From Eledone cirrhosa (taxonomy: Eukaryota), in assembly GCA_964016885.1 (NCBI GenBank), contig OZ024742.1, forward strand, positions 16,492,001 through 16,556,000: a stretch of 64,000 nucleotides of DNA, written 5' to 3'. Below are positions 57,801-64,000 of the stretch, in pieces. The notes under the pieces were generated by a model, which ran no database searches, was not told the DNA's origin, and worked only from the letters and a program-made list of their open reading frames with translations. How positions within the stretch are numbered: the stretch's first letter is position 1; every line of letters begins with the position of its first letter. The position numbers and the translations under genes are program-made.

Positions 57801-58440
57801 ATGATGGTAGTAACAGTGATGTTGACAACTGTAGTATTAACAATGATGGTAGTGACAGTGATGTTGACAACTGTACTATTAACAATGATGGTAGTAACAG
57901 TGATGTTGACAACTGTAATATATACAATGATGGTAGTGACAGTGATGTTGACAACTGTAATATTAACAATGATGGTAGTAACAGTGATGTTGACAACTGT
58001 AGTATTAACAATGATGGTAGTAACAGTGATGTTGACAACTGTAATATATACAATGATGGTAGTGAAGTGATGTTGACAACTGTAATATATACAATGATGG
58101 TAGTGACAGTGATGTTGACAACTGTAATATTAACAATGATGGTAGTAACAGTGATGTTGACAACTGTAATATTAACAATGATGGTAGTAACAGTGATGTT
58201 GACAACTGTAGTATTAACAATGATGGTATTGACAGTGATGTTGACAACTGTAATAGTAACAATGATGGTAGTGACAGTGATGTTGACAACTGTAATATTA
58301 ACAATGATGGTAGTAACAGTGATGTTGACAACTGTAATATTAACAATGATGGTAGTAACAGTGATGTTGACAACTGTATTATTAACAATGATGATATTGA
58401 CAGTGATTTTGACAACTGTAATAGTAACAATGATGGTAGT
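51880..58440. repeat. Near-perfect 3,279-bp tandem duplication (78 monomers plus 3 bp net indel)
   Basis: Markers 51883/55162, 52964/56243, 53327/56606, 53720/56999 and 53991/57270 are all 3279 apart, with identical ORF translations. The pair 54581/58070 is 3489 apart, reflecting a 210-bp (5-monomer) internal duplication. Confidence 0.9.
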
Positions 58441-61400
58441 GACAGTGATGTTGACAACTGTAATATTAACAATGATGGTAGTAACAGTGATGTTGACAAC
58501 TGTAGTATTAACAATGATGATAGTGACAGTGATGTTGACAACTGTAGTATTAACAATGCTGGTAGTAACAGTGATGTTGACATCTGCAATATTAACAATG
58601 ATGGTAGTGACAGTGATGTTGACAACTGTAATATTAACAATGATGGTAGTAACAGTGATGTTGACAACTGTAGTATTAACAATGATGATATTGACAGTGA
58701 TGTTGACAACTGTAATAGTAACAATGATGGTAGTGACAGTGATGTTGACAACTGTAGTATTAACAATGATGGTAGTGACAGTAATGTTGACAACTGTAAT
58801 ATTAACAATGATGGTAGTGAGAGTGATGTTGACAACTGTAGTATTAACAATGATGGTAGTATCAGTTATGTTGACAACTGTAGTATTAACAATGATGGTA
58901 GTGAGAGTGATGTTGACAACTGTAATATTAACAATGATGGTAGTGACAGTGATGTCGACAACTGTAGTATTAACAATGATGGTAGTGACAGTGATGTTGA
59001 CAACCAACTGTAATATTAACAATGATGGTAGTGACAGTGATGTTGACAACTGTAGTATTAACAATGCTGGTAGTGACAGTGATGTTGACAACTGTAGTAT
59101 TAACAATGCTGGTAGTAATAGTGATGTTGACATCTGCAATATTAACAATGATGGTAGTGACATTGATGTTGACAACTGTAGTATTAACAATGATGGTAGT
59201 AACAGTGATGTTGACAACTGTAGTATTAACAATGATGGTAGTAACAGTGATGTTGACAACTGTAGTATTAACAATGATGGTAGTAACAGTGATGTTGACA
59301 ACTGTAGTATTAACAATGATGGTAGTAACAGTGATGTTGACAACTGGAGTATTAACAATGATGATATTGACAGAGATGTTGACAACTGTAATATTAACAA
59401 TGATGGTAGTGAGAGTGATGTTGACAACTGTAGTATTAACAATGATGGTAGTATCAGTTATGTTGACAACTGTAGTATTAACAATGATGGTAGTGAGAGT
59501 GATGTTGACAACTGTAATATTAACAATGATGGTAGTGACAGTGATGTCGACAACTGTAGTATTAACAATGATGGTAGTGACAGTGATGTTGACAACCAAC
59601 TGTAATATTAACAATGATGGTAGTGACAGTGATGTTGACAACTGTAGTATTAACAATGCTGGTAGTGACAGTGATGTTGACAACTGTAGTATTAACAATG
59701 CTGGTAGTAATAGTGATGTTGACATCTGCAATATTAACAATGATGGTAGTGACATTGATGTTGACAACTGTAGTATTAACAATGATGGTAGTAACAGTGA
59801 TGTTGACAACTGTAGTATTAACAATGATGGGAGTGAGAGTGATGTTGACAACTGTAGTATTAACAATGATGGTAGTAACAGTGATGTTGACAACTGTAGT
59901 ATTAACAATGATGGTAGTAACAGTGATGTTGACAACTGGAGTATTAACAATGATGATATTGACAGAGATGTTGACAACTGTAATATTAACAATGATGGTA
60001 GTGACAGTGATGTTGACAACTGTAGTATTAACAATGATGGTAGTAACAGTGATGTTGACAACTGTAGTATTAACAATGATGATATTGACAGTGATGTTGA
60101 CAATTGTAATATTAACAATGATGGTAGTAACAGTGACGTTGACATCTGTAGTATTAACAATGATGGTAGTGACAGTGATGTTGACAACTGTACTATTAAC
60201 AATGATGGTAGTAACCGTGATGTTGACAACTGTAGTATTAACAATGATGGTAGTAACAGTGATGTTGACAACTGGAGTATTAACAATGATGCTAGTAACA
60301 GTGATGTTGACAACTGTAGTATTAACAATGATGGTAGTGACAGTGATCTTGACAACTGTAGTATTAACAATGATGGTAGTGACAGTGATCTTGACAACTC
60401 TAGTATTAACAATGATGGTAGTGACTGATGTTGACAACTGTAGTGTTAACAATGATGGTAGTGACAGTTATGTTGACAACTCTAGTATTAACAATGATGG
60501 TAGTGACTGATGTTGACAACTGTAGTGTTAACAATGATGGTAGTGACAGTGATGTTGACAACTGTAGTATTAACAATGATGGTAGTAACAGTGATGTTGA
60601 CAACTGTACTATTAACAATGATGGTAGTAACCGTGATGTTGACAACTGTAGTATTAACAATGATGATATTGACAGTGATGTTGACAACTGTAATATTAAC
60701 AATGATGGTAGTGACATTGATGTTGACAACTGTAGTATTAACAATGATGGTAGTGACAGTGATGTTGACAACTGTAGTGTTAACAATGATGGTAGTGACA
60801 GTGATGTTGACAACTGGAGTATTAACAATGATGGTAGTGACAGTGATGTTGACAACTGTAGTATTAACAATGATGGTAGTAACAGTGATGTTGACAACTG
60901 TAATATTAACAATGATGGTAGTGACAGTGATGTTGACAACTGTAATATTAACAATGATGATATTGACAGTGATGTTGACAACTGTACTATTAACAATGAT
61001 GGTAGTAACAGTGATGTTGACAACTGTAATATATACAATGATGGTAGTGACAGTGATGTTGACAACTGTAATATTAACAATGATGGTAGTAACAGTGATG
61101 TTGACAACTGTAGTATTAACAATGATGGTAGTGAGAGTGATGTTGACAACTGTAATATTAACAATGATGGTAGTGACAGTGATGTTGACAACTGTAGTAT
61201 TAACAATGATGGTAGTAACAGTGATGTTGACAACTGTAATATTAACAATGATGGTAGTAACAGTGATGTTGACAACTGTAGTATTAACAATGATGGTATT
61301 GACAGTGATGTTGACAACTGTAATAGTAACAATGATGGTAGTGACAGTGATGTTGACAACTGTAATATTAACAATGATGGTAGTAACAGTGATGTTGACA

Positions 61401-64000
61401 ACTGTAATATTAACAATGATGGTAGTAACAGTGATGTTGACAACTGTAGTATTAACAATGCTGGTAGTAATAGTGATGTTGACATCTGCAATATTAACAA
61501 TGAGGGTAGTGGCAGTGATGTTGACAACTGTAGTATTAACAATGATGGTAGTCACAGTGATGTTGACAACTGTAATATTAACAATGATGGTAGTAACAGT
61601 GATGTTGACAACTGTAGTATTAACAATGATGGTAGTGACATTGATGTTGACAACTGTAGTATTAACAATGCTGGTAGTGACAGTGATGTTGACAACTGTA
61701 GTATTAACAATGCTGGTAGTAACAGTGATGTTGACATCTGCAATATTAACATTGATGGTAGTGACAGTGATGTTGACAACTGTAGTATTAACAGTGATGA
61801 TATTGACAGTGATGTTGACAACTGTAATATTAACAATGATGGTAGTGACAGTGATGTTGACAACTGTAGTATTAACAATGATGGTAGTAACAGTGATGTT
61901 GACAACTGTAATATTAACAATGCTGGTAGTGACAGTGATGTTGACAACTGTAGTATTAACAATGCTGGTAGTAACAGTGATGTTGACATCTGCAATATTA
62001 ACATTGATGGTAGTGACAGTGATGTTGACAACTGTAATAGTAACAATGATGGTAGTGACAGTGATGTTGACAACTGTAGTATTAACAATGATGGTAGTGA
62101 GAGTGATGTTGACAACTGTAATATTAACAATGATGGTAGTGACAGTGATGTTGACAACTGTAGTATTAACAATGATGGTAGTAACAGTGATGTTGACAAC
62201 TGTAATATTAACAATGATGGTAGTAACAGTGATGTTGACAACTGTAGTATTAACAATGATGATAGTGACAGTGATGTTGACAACTGTAGTATTAACAATG
62301 CTGGTAGTAACAGTGATGTTGACATCTGCAATATTAACAATGATGGTAGTGACAGTGATGTTGACAACTGTAATATTAACAATGATGGTAGTAACAGTGA
62401 TGTTGACAACTGTAGTATTAACAATGATGATATTGACAGTGATGTTGACAACTGTAATAGTAACAATGATGGTAGTTACAGTGATGTTGACAACTGTAGT
62501 ATTAACAATGATGGTAGTGACAGTGATGTTGACAACTGTAATATTAACAATGATGGTAGTGAGAGTGATGTTGACAACTGTAGTATTAACAATGATGGTA
62601 GTATCAGTTATGTTGACAACTGTAGTATTAACAATGATGGTAGTGAGAGTGATGTTGACAACTGCAATATTAACAATGATGGTAGTGAGAGTGATGTTGA
62701 CAACTGTAGTATTAACAATGATGGTAGTATCAGTGATGTTGACAACTGTAATATTAACAATGATGGTAGTGAGAGTGATGTTGACAACTGTAATATTAAC
62801 AATGATGGTAGTGAGAGTGATGTTGACAACTGTAGTATTAACAATGATGGTAGTGAGAGTGATGTTGACAACTGTAGTATTAACAATGATGGTAGTGACA
62901 GTGATGTCGACAACTGTAGTATTAACAATGATGGTAGTGACAGTGATGTTGACAACCAACTGTAATATTAACAATGATGGTAGTGACAGTGATGTTGACA
63001 ACTGTAGTATTAACAATGCTGGTAGTGACAGTGATGTTTACAACTGTAGTATTAACAATGATGGTAGTAATAGTGATGTTGACATCTGCAATATTAACAA
63101 TGATGGTAGTGACAGTGATGTTGACAACTGTAGTATTAACAATGATGGTAGTCACAGTGATGTTGACAACTGTAATATTAACAATGATGGTAGTAACAGT
63201 GATGTTGACAACTGTAGTATTAACAATGATGGTAGTGACATTGATGTTGACAACTGTAGTATTAACAATGCTGGTAGTGAGAGTGATGTTGACAACTGTA
63301 GTATTAACAATGCTGGTAGTAACAGTGATGTTGACATCTGCAATATTAACATTGATGGTAGTGACAGTGATGTTGACAACTGTAGTATTAACAGTGATGA
63401 TATTGACAGTGATGTTGACAACTGTAATATTAACAATGATGGTAGTGACAGTGATGTTGACAACTGTAATATTAACAATGATGGTAGAAACGGTGATGTT
63501 GACAACTGTAGTATTAACAATGATGATATTGACAGTGATGTTGACAACTGTAATATTAACAATGATGGTAGTAACAGTGATGTTGACATCTGCAATATTA
63601 ACAATGATGGTAGTGACAATTATGTCGACAACAGTAGTATTAACAATGATGGTAGTGACAGTGATGTTGACAACTGTAGTATTAATAATGATGGTAGTGA
63701 CAGTGATGTTGACAACTGTACTATTAACAATGATGGTAGTAACAGTGATGTTGACAACTGTAGTATTAACAATGATGGTATTGACAGTGATGTTGACAAC
63801 TGTAATAGTAACAATGATGGTAGTGACAGTGATGTTGACAACTGTAATATTAACAATGATGGTAGTAACAGTGATGTTGACAACTGTAATATTAACAATG
63901 ATGGTAGTAACAGTGATGTTGACAACTGTAGTATTAACAATGATGATATTGACAGTGATTTTGACAACTGTAATAGTAACAATGATGGTAGTGACAGTGA

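Larger units (their letters stand above)
1..64000. repeat. Tandem satellite/minisatellite array of a 42-bp monomer (GTAGTRACAGTGATGTTGACAACTGTARTATTAACAATGATG), ~1,520 head-to-tail copies
   Basis: Bases 1-42 (gtagtgacagtgatgttgacaactgtaatattaacaatgatg) recur with 42-bp period through the whole window. All translated frames show a 14-aa period. I saw no non-repeat interruption or inversion. Confidence 0.99.
48200..64000. repeat. Distinct sub-array (variant subfamily) of the same 42-bp satellite
   Basis: This region has private variants (gtcgac, gactgat, agtgaagtgat, agaaacggt, aaccgtgat, aatcttaac, attatgtcgac) and is enriched in gagagt and aatagtaac. It lacks the left-domain markers cagctg, gacacccaac, ggtgtgtgac, gatggtgac, attgcc and tttgag. 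Confidence 0.85.

Noticed and set aside
4000-62970. Indels as random sequencing errors
   Set aside because: The same indels recur in identical flanking variant contexts across paralogous blocks and are not in homopolymers. Only the singletons (22216, 44110) remain uncertain.
1-64000. CRISPR array
   Set aside because: The repeats are directly head-to-tail with no unique spacers, leader or cas genes.
1-64000. Telomeric repeat or G-quadruplex array
   Set aside because: Despite the G-over-C skew, the consensus has no GGG run, and the 42-bp unit matches no telomerase repeat I know.
1-64000. Diversity-generating retroelement or A-to-I editing signature from the A/G variable sites
   Set aside because: Variation is limited to two fixed positions inherited in duplicated blocks. 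There is no template/variable repeat pair or reverse transcriptase.
1-64000. Embedded transposon, tRNA, rRNA, inversion or terminator
   Set aside because: I saw no departure from the monomer and no strand switch. The only dyads are 4-5 bp stems, too weak to call structured RNA.

Overview
The whole 64,000-bp window is one uninterrupted, single-orientation tandem array of a 42-bp AT-rich monomer, consensus GTAGT(G/A)ACAGTGATGTTGACAACTGTA(G/A)TATTAACAATGATG. That is roughly 1,520 copies (64,000/42) at about 31-36% GC, with no CpG in the consensus, and the array runs off both ends. I found no unique sequence, credible gene, RNA gene, mobile element or CRISPR spacer. The long ORFs in the track arise because 13 of the monomer's 14 triplets are RNY, which leaves four of six frames stop-free. 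Recurrent frameshifts and in-frame stops argue against a protein-coding gene. The information lies in the variant pattern. Two near-binary A/G sites, many linked substitution haplotypes and a small set of amplified indels define nested higher-order repeats at 82, 126, 168, 214, 294 and 592 bp, ~1.4, ~2, 3.3, 4.6, ~6.1-6.9 and ~9.3 kb, plus dispersed duplications at 17.1 and 41 kb. Sub-domains carry distinct variant sets. The most likely identity is a eukaryotic satellite/minisatellite derived from (GAT/AAT)-like triplet repeats, but the organism cannot be determined from the sequence. Marker coordinates were read by eye or taken from ORF ends and are accurate to about 20 bp.
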